From positions 1 through 28,224 of the forward strand of contig JARRRI010000046.1 of assembly GCA_037380845.1 (NCBI GenBank): 28,224 nucleotides of DNA, written 5' to 3'. The stretch is from Candidatus Sulfobium sp. GTDB lineage: Bacteria > Nitrospirota > Thermodesulfovibrionia > Thermodesulfovibrionales > UBA6898. The translations under genes were made by a program, and so were the position numbers. Shown here one piece after another: positions 9,464-17,838 of the stretch (positions are counted from its first letter, which is position 1; each line of letters starts with the position of its first letter). The notes beneath the pieces were generated by a model, which worked only from the letters and a program-made list of their open reading frames with translations, was not told the DNA's origin and ran no database searches.

Positions 9464-11872
9464 ATGAAGAAGAATTCTCTTCTGCCAGTCTTTTGTCTGG
9501 TTGTCTTCGCGGCGGCGGTTCTGATGGTGAGTCCGCCCTCTGCCGAATCGTACAATACAAGCCCGCCCTTTAAACTCGGACTCCTCAAGAAGGTGGAGAT
9601 CAAGGCCGGCATGCCAGCGAAGAAGATGTGGGCCTATAATCCCAAAAATCCCTACGACATTTTCATCAATTACGAACTCGGGATGCACTGTGTGGGCTTT
9701 GACATTTCCTACTGCTGCGTTATCCCGCCCTATAACAGCGTACAGGCCCAGCCTGTCATGGCCGGAGCCGAAGGCAGGAAACCGAAACTGTTGTCACCCG
9801 CCGACGGGGTGAAGCTTTTTTATTACATCAAAGACAACAGTTACAGCCAGGGCAACAAAATGAAATACTGGTCTGTCGTCAAGGACGTAAACGGCAACGG
9901 AAAAATGAGCGACCCGGGAGACAACATGCCCAACTACGTCTGGGACCACCTGTTCATTTACAAGGACCTCGAAGGTACGATTCCAGCCGACTGGCAGAAG
10001 GAGAAGAGGTTATACGTCGGAAAGGAGATTCCCGTAAATATAGATTGCGGGCCGACGGGCAAGATCGTCTCGGGCCAGTATATGGATTATGCGCCGGACA
10101 AGGGCGGCAATATCGTATTTACCGACTCAATGATTCCCGCGGTAAAGAACGTGCCCCTGAAACTGACGGCATCCTACATATGGGACGCGCTGGGGCTTCC
10201 GCTCACCGCTTTCGACGACAGCAGGAGGAAGGGGTCCATAAGGACCATAACAAACCTGAGCTTTCAGCCCTATCAGTATTCAACGGTCGAGCTGCACGAC
10301 ACCCAGGGGAAGCCGGTAAAGACCGCAAAAGGTAAAAAGGTCTCTTTTTTCGGCACCAACCCGGTCGACATCCCCAACTGCTACCTGTGCCATTCGGGGA
10401 AGGGGCCGGCAGCGGAGCTTGCCAGAAAAGAGGGGCTTACGTTATTCGACAAGGAGTACTCATACTGGAAGAAAAATTATTCCGACATGACGGACTATAT
10501 GGCGAGACTATCGGCGGCTTCTATAAATATCCTTGAACTGCACGACAAGCTTAGCGGGACGACGCTCCTGAAAGACTATAATGCCAATGCGCCTTCCAAC
10601 AGGCTCGGCGCCACGGGATCCGTCTATTGTGCCGACTGCCACGGCGACAATATTTCGGGCAACCTGCAGTCTCCCCGGCCGAGCGCTACGGGATATAAGG
10701 CGGTGAAGGCGCAAGCTCTCACCGAGGCCATACATTCCGTCCATGCCAAGGCCATCCCGATGCCGGACAAGGCGGGCCGGACCCAGAGTTGCCAGGCCTG
10801 CCATCCGACCCACTGGCAGCCCGAGGCGATGAACGACTTCGCGAAGAACCCCTACCAGATTGTAGACGAGGAGGGAAGACCCAGGTTTACCGACAAGGAC
10901 TTGCGGACTGCAGGCGGAGGATGTTACCTCAGGAGAGACGCACACGCCAACCCCGACGTCAAACCGCCTTTCTTCCTGAACGAGGTCGGGAAATGGTATC
11001 TGCGTGAAGTGAGCATGAAGGACGAAAACAGACAACCTGTGACCCGCATGAGGGGACTCTATTGCACCAACTGCCATAACCACCTCGCACAGGCGCTTTA
11101 CCGGTACGATAACCTGGAGGATACCACCTCCCAGAAGGGGAAGACCCTGCGTGACAAATCCATGGAGGAGATAATCAAGGCCACGGCGAAGGGCGACCGA
11201 AAGAAATTCGACACGTATTTTGCCGATCCCATTGTCGGTGCCGAGGGAGACCCCTTATATACTTACGAAGCTGACCACAAAGGCGTGACACTGGTAAAGG
11301 CCGAGAAAGACAAGGAAGGCAAGCTTCACCTTCTCCCATGGAACTCCGGGAAAGGCGACGCCGTGCCTTATGACGCGGCTGCCGCGGGCAAGGACTGGTG
11401 GCTGGCGCCTGCCGAGCCGCATTGTGCCGACTGTCACATCGCTCCCATGGTTGAAAGTGAAGGGGGCGCTTACTTCCCTATCGATCAGCCCAACAAGTAC
11501 TCACTCTACAGGTATTCGAAGGCCCACGGCGTTATCGCCTGTCAGTCCTGCCATCAATCGATCCACGAGCTTTATCCGGTGAGATACGAAGGAACGAAGA
11601 AGACTGTCGATCTTACCACGCACGAACAGGCCCTTCAGTTCAGTCCCGACGGCAAATATGCCGGTCCCGTTACGTGCAGCGCGTGTCATACGGTAAACCT
11701 CAGAGGAATTCCCGTACAGCTTAGCGGCACGAAGTACTATAGCGACTACTGGGCATCCGTCGTCCTTCTCCATTTCATGCGGGACGGTGACCAGAAACTG
11801 CCGATCGGGGACCTGATAAAGAAATATCCCTATGAGAAATCACAGGAAATAGTGAAAAAAGGGTGGAAGTAG
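9464..11872 (+). CDS. Secreted multiheme c-type cytochrome (7 CxxCH)
   Basis: Sec signal peptide. Heme motifs CYLCH, CADCH, CQACH, CTNCH, CADCH, CQSCH, CSACH. N-terminal ELGMHC..YCCVIPPYN. SD GAGGTG. Confidence 0.93.
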   Translation: MKKNSLLPVFCLVVFAAAVLMVSPPSAESYNTSPPFKLGLLKKVEIKAGMPAKKMWAYNPKNPYDIFINYELGMHCVGFDISYCCVIPPYNSVQAQPVMAGAEGRKPKLLSPADGVKLFYYIKDNSYSQGNKMKYWSVVKDVNGNGKMSDPGDNMPNYVWDHLFIYKDLEGTIPADWQKEKRLYVGKEIPVNIDCGPTGKIVSGQYMDYAPDKGGNIVFTDSMIPAVKNVPLKLTASYIWDALGLPLTAFDDSRRKGSIRTITNLSFQPYQYSTVELHDTQGKPVKTAKGKKVSFFGTNPVDIPNCYLCHSGKGPAAELARKEGLTLFDKEYSYWKKNYSDMTDYMARLSAASINILELHDKLSGTTLLKDYNANAPSNRLGATGSVYCADCHGDNISGNLQSPRPSATGYKAVKAQALTEAIHSVHAKAIPMPDKAGRTQSCQACHPTHWQPEAMNDFAKNPYQIVDEEGRPRFTDKDLRTAGGGCYLRRDAHANPDVKPPFFLNEVGKWYLREVSMKDENRQPVTRMRGLYCTNCHNHLAQALYRYDNLEDTTSQKGKTLRDKSMEEIIKATAKGDRKKFDTYFADPIVGAEGDPLYTYEADHKGVTLVKAEKDKEGKLHLLPWNSGKGDAVPYDAAAAGKDWWLAPAEPHCADCHIAPMVESEGGAYFPIDQPNKYSLYRYSKAHGVIACQSCHQSIHELYPVRYEGTKKTVDLTTHEQALQFSPDGKYAGPVTCSACHTVNLRGIPVQLSGTKYYSDYWASVVLLHFMRDGDQKLPIGDLIKKYPYEKSQEIVKKGWK

Positions 11873-11914
11873 ACAAGAGTTGTAAAGCCCGGACTGTCTG
11901 CAAGTCCCCTGGTT

Positions 11915-11950
11915 TATTCCCCCGGCCCGCCACAAAGGGCCGGGGGAATA
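11915..11950 (+). terminator. Strong hairpin after the cytochrome gene
   Basis: 14-bp perfect stem TATTCCCCCGGCCC/GGGCCGGGGGAATA followed by CTTT. Confidence 0.65.
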
Positions 11951-11957
11951 CTTTACA

Positions 11958-12174
11958 CTAACGTTGCAGAAAAAGCGCATGTAAATATCCGCAAAGGCTT
12001 GATTGGCGGCAGGTACCAATAATGCGGGAGTTCACGGTTTGTTGACTCCAGGTTACACCTCTTGCCGTCATGCCCGATGTCCCTAGTCGGGCATCCACTC
12101 TGCCTGAAAACCTGGATTCCCGATTACTACCTCGGGAATGACCGCCTCAAATGCAAGGTTTTTTGCAACGTTAG
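11958..12174. mobile_element. MITE-like element with terminal inverted repeats and a GTCAT..ATGAC core
   Basis: CTAACGTTGCAGAAAA ... TTTTTTGCAACGTTAG. Internal CCGTCATGCCCGA..TCGGGCATCCA and GGATTCCCGA..TCGGGAATGAC. Confidence 0.75.
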
Positions 12175-12204
12175 AGTTTTATACAAGGCACTCATTAGAC
12201 TCCT

Positions 12205-13530
12205 TCAACTGCGGTTGTGTCCTTTGATCCTCTCCCCCCATTCAACCCCCTTGCCGATTATCTCCGATTCGTCAGCAGTGGTCAAATTACGATTCAGGAG
12301 GACCACACGGCCCTTGATTATTACCGTCTCTACGTCCGCCGGGTTCATGGAGTACACGATGTGGGAGTAAACGTCGTACATAGGTGTCAGGTGGGGTTTC
12401 TTCAGGTCCGCAATAACGCTGTCAGCTTCTTTTCCTTCCTCGATGCTGCCGGAGGTCTTTCCCAGTCCTAGGGCCTCGGCCCCCCACCTTGTCGCCATAA
12501 GCAAAACGGTCCGGGCATCGAGGACTGTGGGATCGGATGCCAGGGCCTTGTGGACCTTGGCGGTGGTCGACATCTCGCCCAGTAAATTGATATCGTTGTT
12601 GCTTGCCGCACCGTCCGTGCCGAAGGTCACCTTTATGCCCTCAGCGAGCATGGTCGCCACGGGAGCAAAACCGGATGCCAGCTTCAGATTGCTTTCCATG
12701 CAATGCGAGACATTCACCTTCTTCTTTCCAAGGATTTCGATCTCTTCATCTTCGACCCATACGCAGTGGGCGGCGAGCACCGCCTCGTCCAGAAAGCCGA
12801 CTGAAGCCAGATATTCAACCGGCTTTTTATCGTGCAGAGCCTTGACCTGCTCGACCTCCCATTGTGTTTCTGAAAGATGTATATGGAGTGGAACGCCGAA
12901 ATGCTCAGACATCTTCTTTGCCCTCTTCAAGGTATCGGGCCCGCAGGCATAAAGTGAGTGGGGAGCAATGCAAGGCATGATCAATTCGTCATCTTTCCAT
13001 GATCTTATCAGGGACTCGGCGTTAGAGAAATAATCTTCGGGGCCTGCCCCGGTACGGGTAGCAAAATCTACTATGCCCGCTCCCACGGAAGCCCTCATTC
13101 CCATCTTCCTGGAAGCAGCTGCGATCTCGTTCCCGTAGAAATACATGTCATTAAAGGCGGTTATCCCCGCCTTCAGCATCTCAAGGCAGGCGAGTTCAAC
13201 GGCGTCCGTGACGAACTCCGGGCTGAGCCACTTCTGTTCAGCGGGCCAGATATACTTCTCAAGCCACTGCTTGAGGGGGATATCGTCTGCAAGACCCCTG
13301 AAATAGACCATGGGGGAATGGGTATGGGTGTTCACGAGGCCCGGAAAGACGACGGTGCCCGGACCACCGAGCAAGTTTCCCGAAGTATATTTTTTCAGAA
13401 CGTCACGAGCGGGACCGGCAGCAGCCACCTTTCCCTCCACCACCGCCACCGCTCCGTCTTCGACCACGGTGAGATCAGCGTCCATTTTCAGTACATGATC
13501 GGCCCTGATTATGAGGTCTGCTTCAATCAT
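12205..13530 (-). CDS. mtaD: Amidohydrolase, 5-methylthioadenosine/S-adenosylhomocysteine deaminase-like
   Basis: PGLVNTHTH, DMYF, APHS, HIHLSET, SNLKLASG, GTDGAASNN motifs. Confidence 0.85.
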   Translation of the reverse strand: MIEADLIIRADHVLKMDADLTVVEDGAVAVVEGKVAAAGPARDVLKKYTSGNLLGGPGTVVFPGLVNTHTHSPMVYFRGLADDIPLKQWLEKYIWPAEQKWLSPEFVTDAVELACLEMLKAGITAFNDMYFYGNEIAAASRKMGMRASVGAGIVDFATRTGAGPEDYFSNAESLIRSWKDDELIMPCIAPHSLYACGPDTLKRAKKMSEHFGVPLHIHLSETQWEVEQVKALHDKKPVEYLASVGFLDEAVLAAHCVWVEDEEIEILGKKKVNVSHCMESNLKLASGFAPVATMLAEGIKVTFGTDGAASNNDINLLGEMSTTAKVHKALASDPTVLDARTVLLMATRWGAEALGLGKTSGSIEEGKEADSVIADLKKPHLTPMYDVYSHIVYSMNPADVETVIIKGRVVLLNRNLTTADESEIIGKGVEWGERIKGHNRS

Positions 13531-13625
13531 GAAGATACCAAGTTAAGGGTTAGTGGAGCCACATTGGGCAATCCTCTGTCATTCCGGCCTGTCGCAGCGA
13601 CTCTCGGCGAAGACCCATCTGTGCT

Positions 13626-14744
13626 CTATGCCCACTTTTCCACGAGTATGCGCAGCATCCGCCTCAAGGGTTCTGCAGCACCCCAAAGGAGCTGGTCGCC
13701 GCATGTAAAAGCGGCAAGATATCGTGATCCCATATTCATCTTGCGCAGGCGCCCGACGGGCACGGCAAGAGTGCCCGTTACTGCGGCGGGGGTGAGTTCC
13801 CGGACCGTGACTTCACGCTCGTTCGGTACAACCTTCACCCACCGGTTATGGCCTGCCAGCATTCCGTGGATTTCGTCGAGGGGAACGTCCCTCGTCAGCT
13901 TTACGGTAAGGGCCTGGCTGTGACAACGCATGGCGCCGACGCGCACGCATATGCCGTCTATGGGAACAGGGTCGTCTTCCCGTCCGAGTATTTTGTTGGT
14001 TTCAGCCTGGCCTTTCCATTCCTCGCGGCTCTGGCCGTTTTCGAGCTGGGCGTCTATCCACGGGATCAGAGAACAGGCCAGGGGAACACCGAAGAACTCC
14101 CGGGGATAGACGTCGGACCGGACATGTTCTGCAAGCGTACGGTCGATTTCCAGGATCGCGCTGGAGGGGTCGGAGAGCTGGCCTTTCACAGAATCGTGTG
14201 CGGACCCCATCTGCCTGATCAGCTCGCGCATGTTCTTGGCGCCTGCGCCCGAGGCGGCCTGGTAAGTCATGACACTCATCCATTCGACCAGTCCTTGCTC
14301 ATACAGCCCGCCCAGGGCTATCAGCATGAGGGAGACGGTGCAATTGCCGCCGATATAGTTCCTGATTCCTCTTGCGACGCCTTCTCTGATTGCGTCCATA
14401 TTGACCGGGTCCAGGACGATGATAGCGTCCTTCTCCATGCGGAGGGCGGATGCCGCGTCAATCCAATAGCCGTTCCAGCCTGACGCGCGGAGTTTAGGGA
14501 ATATTTCCTTTGTATAATCGCCCCCCTGGCAGGAGACTATAGTCTCCATTGCCTTCAGTTCGCCGATATTCCCGGCGTCTTTGAGGGCGGGAACGCTTCT
14601 GCCCATCTCCGGGGCGTCACCTCCCACGTTCGAGGTGGTAAAAAATACCGGTTCAATATGGTCGAAGTCATTTTCCTCGCGCATGCGACCCATGAGCACC
14701 GAGCCCACCATGCCGCGCCATCCAATGAAACCTGTTCGCATCAT
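13626..14744 (-). CDS. asd: Aspartate-semialdehyde dehydrogenase (E. coli-like subfamily)
   Basis: [19 protein letters not shown] (catalytic Cys), [19 protein letters not shown]. True start is ATG 14744 after SD GGGAG. Confidence 0.97.
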   Translation of the reverse strand: MMRTGFIGWRGMVGSVLMGRMREENDFDHIEPVFFTTSNVGGDAPEMGRSVPALKDAGNIGELKAMETIVSCQGGDYTKEIFPKLRASGWNGYWIDAASALRMEKDAIIVLDPVNMDAIREGVARGIRNYIGGNCTVSLMLIALGGLYEQGLVEWMSVMTYQAASGAGAKNMRELIRQMGSAHDSVKGQLSDPSSAILEIDRTLAEHVRSDVYPREFFGVPLACSLIPWIDAQLENGQSREEWKGQAETNKILGREDDPVPIDGICVRVGAMRCHSQALTVKLTRDVPLDEIHGMLAGHNRWVKVVPNEREVTVRELTPAAVTGTLAVPVGRLRKMNMGSRYLAAFTCGDQLLWGAAEPLRRMLRILVEKWA

Positions 14745-14927
14745 TTTTCGCACTCCCTTAAAGGAAATCAAAATATTATTATAACTTACACCTGCAGAAA
14801 TTCTACAGGAAGAAAGAAGGTATACAGCTGCACCCCGGGAAGCCGTCATTCTTCACTTGAATCTTAACTGAAGGGTTAAGCCACTGAACCCCGGACAGTG
14901 GGGGGCGTTCTATTAAGAAAACTTAAC

Positions 14928-14942
14928 TGGCATTCGGCCTGC
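14928..14942 (+). promoter_or_regulatory. Possible sigma54 -24/-12 promoter for the PAS gene
   Basis: TGGCATTCGGCCTGC: GG-N10-GC. Confidence 0.4.
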
Positions 14943-15020
14943 CGCGGGTATATCCTAAAGAAAGATTCAGGCCTCCTTTTTCAGCTTTTGGAAACCGGCA
15001 GGGAGAAAGATTGTTCCGCG

Positions 15021-15665
15021 ATGAAAGTCCATATAAGCGAGAATAAAACACTCTTCAAGAAAGATACGGGTGACTGTCTTTGCGGACTCCCGGCTTCGGC
15101 GGCGGAACCAGGAGAAGGGGCAGGAAATATTTCCCGGTCCGGGGAGGACTGGAAAGACATCTTCGACACCCTCACCGATATGGTCACTGTGCATGACAAC
15201 AATTTCAGGATCATCGGCGCTAATGCCGCTGCCGAGAGAGTCCTGGGTCTTCCTTCTCTTACGGCTAATGCAAAATGCTACCAGTATTACCACGGCAGTG
15301 AACACCCTCCCGAAGGATGCCCCAGCTGCCGCTGTCTCAGCACCGGTAAGCCGGCGACTTTCGAAGTCTATGAGCCCCACCTTAAGATGTACGTAGAGAT
15401 AAGGGCGATTCCCCGCTATGGCAGCGATAACCGGCTTATAGGGCTGGTCCACATCGTCAGAGACATCACCAGACGGAAACAGGTGGAGGAAGAACTTGAG
15501 ATACACCGCCACCACATAGAGTGGCTTGTGAAACAGCGGACCGCCGAGATTTCTTTTTCAAATGAACAGCTCAGACGTGAAATCGCCGAACGGAAGCGTG
15601 TCGAGGCGGAAACGGAAAGGCTCATCAGGGAGCTTAAAGACCTCCTGCGGACCACCAGACACTGA
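15021..15665 (+). CDS. PAS-domain protein with coiled coil and no output domain (possibly truncated)
   Basis: IFDTLTD..VHDNNFRIIGANAA, CYQYYHG..CPSCRC, HIVRDITRRKQVEEEL, LVKQRTAE, EIAERKRVE. Confidence 0.8.
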   Translation: MKVHISENKTLFKKDTGDCLCGLPASAAEPGEGAGNISRSGEDWKDIFDTLTDMVTVHDNNFRIIGANAAAERVLGLPSLTANAKCYQYYHGSEHPPEGCPSCRCLSTGKPATFEVYEPHLKMYVEIRAIPRYGSDNRLIGLVHIVRDITRRKQVEEELEIHRHHIEWLVKQRTAEISFSNEQLRREIAERKRVEAETERLIRELKDLLRTTRH

Positions 15666-15677
15666 AGGCTTGTTATG

Positions 15678-15856
15678 CCTTACTGCAAGTTAAACAGCCA
15701 TAGGCCATTGTCCCTTTTTCCGTCCATGCCCACGGCTGTAATCGTACATCCATGTCTGAAAGCGGATTCCCGCCTGATGATTGAGGAATACGGGGCTTGA
15801 GCCCATTTTCGGTTCAATGACGAATTTGAAATGCAACACCTTTTGCAACTGTAAGG
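15678..15856. mobile_element. Degenerate copy of the 11958-12174 type element
   Basis: CCGTCCATGCCC..CATCCA, GGATTCCCG..AATGAC, and right end AAATGCAACACCTTTTGCAACTGTAAG. Confidence 0.55.
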
Positions 15857-15867
15857 TTTAATTTTAT

Positions 15868-16353
15868 TTACCACTTGGCCGGCGGGTTGATGCCCAGCAT
15901 CTGTCGCAGCGTGATTATCTCGCTTGTATGATAGGCGTTGTGGTCCGCCACAAGCAGGACCTCCCGGAAAATAGTGTAATCCTTTGCGTGAGGGATCGGG
16001 CTGAAAAAATCCGTATGGGGGTTTTTGACAAGGTCCTCCACTGCCTTGAGATCGGCCCGGAAATCCCTGACGGTCTTTTTCCATTGAGCTTCAACCGTTT
16101 TTTCATCCGGATCAGGCCAGAATTCCGCATAGTCGGGTGAGACATAATCCGGGTCCCTGACGAATTCGAGGATATCCCTCTGGGCCCTCCGCATATGTTC
16201 AAGGAGGTGCCAGAAGGTATAGTTGAAGTTCGACGGCCTTGTGTTTATGTGTTTTGCGGGAAAAGAGGCGATTGCCTCGTCGAAACCCATGTGGGCGTTG
16301 CCGCCGCGCAAGAGGGCGAGCAGTTGTTCGCGAAGGACTTTGTCAGATTTCAT
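15868..16353 (-). CDS. DinB/YfiT-superfamily metal-dependent four-helix protein
   Basis: WHLLEHM and DHNAYH His triad. Start ATG 16353. Confidence 0.88.
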   Translation of the reverse strand: MKSDKVLREQLLALLRGGNAHMGFDEAIASFPAKHINTRPSNFNYTFWHLLEHMRRAQRDILEFVRDPDYVSPDYAEFWPDPDEKTVEAQWKKTVRDFRADLKAVEDLVKNPHTDFFSPIPHAKDYTIFREVLLVADHNAYHTSEIITLRQMLGINPPAKW

Positions 16354-16495
16354 GGAATTTTCCTTTCTGTAGGATGACTTATTCAAATTCTACCAGAACA
16401 GGGGGGAAGTTCAAGTTCAGGGGTCTGTCTCGTCAAGATCACTCAATGTGATGGAAATTTGTCATTGACCCGAAAATGGCCATTAGATTCATTAG

Positions 16496-16592
16496 AAAAT
16501 CCTCCCTGGCCCCTCTCCGGGATCATAACTCCCCCTTCCCCCCTCTTTCTTAAGAGGGGGGTGCCGGAGGCGGTGGCGTTATCCAAAGGAGG
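16496..16592. repeat. C-rich/G-rich palindromic repeat, probably nested
   Basis: Inner stem CCCCCCTCTT-N4-AAGAGGGGGG (16538-16561) inside an outer AATCCTCCCTGGCCCCTCT...TCCAAAGGAGG unit. Confidence 0.55.
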
Positions 16593-16603
16593 AAAAAAAT
16601 CAT

Positions 16604-16632
16604 TTGACAGTGAACGACCGTTCACCTATAAT
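16604..16632 (+). promoter_or_regulatory. Consensus sigma70 promoter with an SOS-box-like operator in the spacer
   Basis: TTGACA (16604-16609), N17, TATAAT (16627-16632). The spacer contains the palindrome GTGAAC-GACC-GTTCAC (16610-16625). Confidence 0.9.
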
Positions 16633-16637
16633 AAATT

Positions 16638-17234
16638 ATGATGAGGCAAGACCTGAAAGAGGAAAAGCTGCGGTCCAAGATAACTGACATCACCCGTTTC
16701 TACAGGCTGAGCGGCAGGATGCCGAGCTTTTCGGAGATCGGGGAGATGGCGGGTTTCCGTTCCAAAAACGCGGTCTTCAAGCTTGTTAGCAAGCTTGAAG
16801 ACCGCGGGGTCCGGGCAAGAGACGCGAAGGGCAGGCTCGTACCCGGCTCGATAGCGTCTTCCGTAAAGATACTGGGTACCGTGGAGGCCGGTTTCCCGAG
16901 TCCGGCCGAGGAAGAGCTGGTGGACACTCTCTCACTCGACGACCTCCTCATACAGAACCGCGAGGCCACCTTTCTGCTCAAGGTGTCAGGCGATTCCATG
17001 TCCGGGGCCGGAATACTCCCGGGGGACATGGTGTTGATCGACAAGGGACAGACCCCGAAGAGCGGGGACATAGTTATTGCGGAAGTAGACGGCGAATGGA
17101 CCATGAAGTATCTGAGGAAGAGGGGGGAAAGCGTGGCCCTAATACCCGCAAACCCGAATTATAAACCTATAAAACCGAAAAACGAGCTCAAAATCGCCGG
17201 CGTGGTAACGGCGGTGGTGAGGAAGTACAAGTAA
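16638..17234 (+). CDS. lexA: LexA-like S24 self-cleaving repressor (N-terminal HTH + UmuD-like peptidase domain)
   Basis: MPSFSEIG..SKNAVFKLV HTH. Cleavage loop VEAGFPSPA, catalytic Ser in GDSM and Lys in WTMK. Confidence 0.88.
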   Translation: MMRQDLKEEKLRSKITDITRFYRLSGRMPSFSEIGEMAGFRSKNAVFKLVSKLEDRGVRARDAKGRLVPGSIASSVKILGTVEAGFPSPAEEELVDTLSLDDLLIQNREATFLLKVSGDSMSGAGILPGDMVLIDKGQTPKSGDIVIAEVDGEWTMKYLRKRGESVALIPANPNYKPIKPKNELKIAGVVTAVVRKYK

Positions 17235-17253
17235 GTCTGAAGGAGGAGAAAAC

Positions 17254-17439
17254 ATGACTGACGGATTTCTGCTTAAATTTTTTGGAGACCTTTTTTACCT
17301 GATCGTTGCACTCTTTGCACTTTATAGCCTGCGGGGTCTTTTCCGCGCACACAGGGCGATAAATTCAGCGGCTGTTAAGGCCCATATCACCGCATATGAG
17401 CTACAGAAGATGATAGAGAGCCGGACCCGGCAGATATAA
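17254..17439 (+). CDS. Small single-pass membrane protein (61 aa), unknown function
   Basis: Strong SD AAGGAGG, one hydrophobic helix, 19 nt after the repressor stop. Confidence 0.65.
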   Translation: MTDGFLLKFFGDLFYLIVALFALYSLRGLFRAHRAINSAAVKAHITAYELQKMIESRTRQI

Positions 17440-17457
17440 GAGAGAAATTGCGATCAG

Positions 17458-17484
17458 AGGGCAACCACACATGGTTGCCCTTAC
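17458..17484 (-). repeat. REP-like palindrome flanking the RAYT remnant
   Basis: AGGGCAACCA-N4-TGGTTGCCCT-TAC (GTA(A/G)GG-type foot on the minus strand). Confidence 0.75.
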
Positions 17485-17494
17485 AAAAAACATT

Positions 17495-17838
17495 ATGCAA
17501 TACAATCCCGACTTACACATCGCCGTTCTATCCGCCTGGGGGGACATGATTATTCACAGGCAGGGGCTTATTTTGTGACCGTATGCACGCAGGACAAGGA
17601 ATGTCTGTTCGGGGATATTGGTGATGGAGAAATGCGATTGAATGATGCGGGCCGGATGGTCCTGGGCATATGGCTGAAAATGCCAGAACATTTTCCACAT
17701 GTGGATATAGACGAATTTGTTGTAATGCCGAACCACATACACGGAATTATTGTGATCAATTCCAACGGTAGGGGCATGGCATGCCATGCCCCTACACGCA
17801 ATGTTCATGCAAATACCCCATGTCTACCCAGCCGCTAA
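17495..17838 (+). pseudogene. REP-associated tyrosine transposase (RAYT/Y1) remnant
   Basis: MQYNPDL/(frameshift)HRRSIRLGGHDYSQAGAYFVTVCT...VVMPNHIHGII (HUH motif). The C-terminal half with the catalytic Tyr is missing. Confidence 0.88.
17768..17795. repeat. Perfect 28-bp GTAG REP palindrome
   Basis: GTAGGGGCATGGCA|TGCCATGCCCCTAC. Confidence 0.9.

Noticed and set aside
14745..14910. Lysine riboswitch, or an N-terminal extension of asd (ORF-track start 14849)
   Set aside because: Only two short hairpins (CTTAAC/GTTAAG, CCACTG/CAGTGG) without L-box features. The SD and family N-terminus place the start at 14744.
17796..17810. Second SOS box before the polymerase
   Set aside because: Only a GTTCA half-site; the left arm does not match GAAC.
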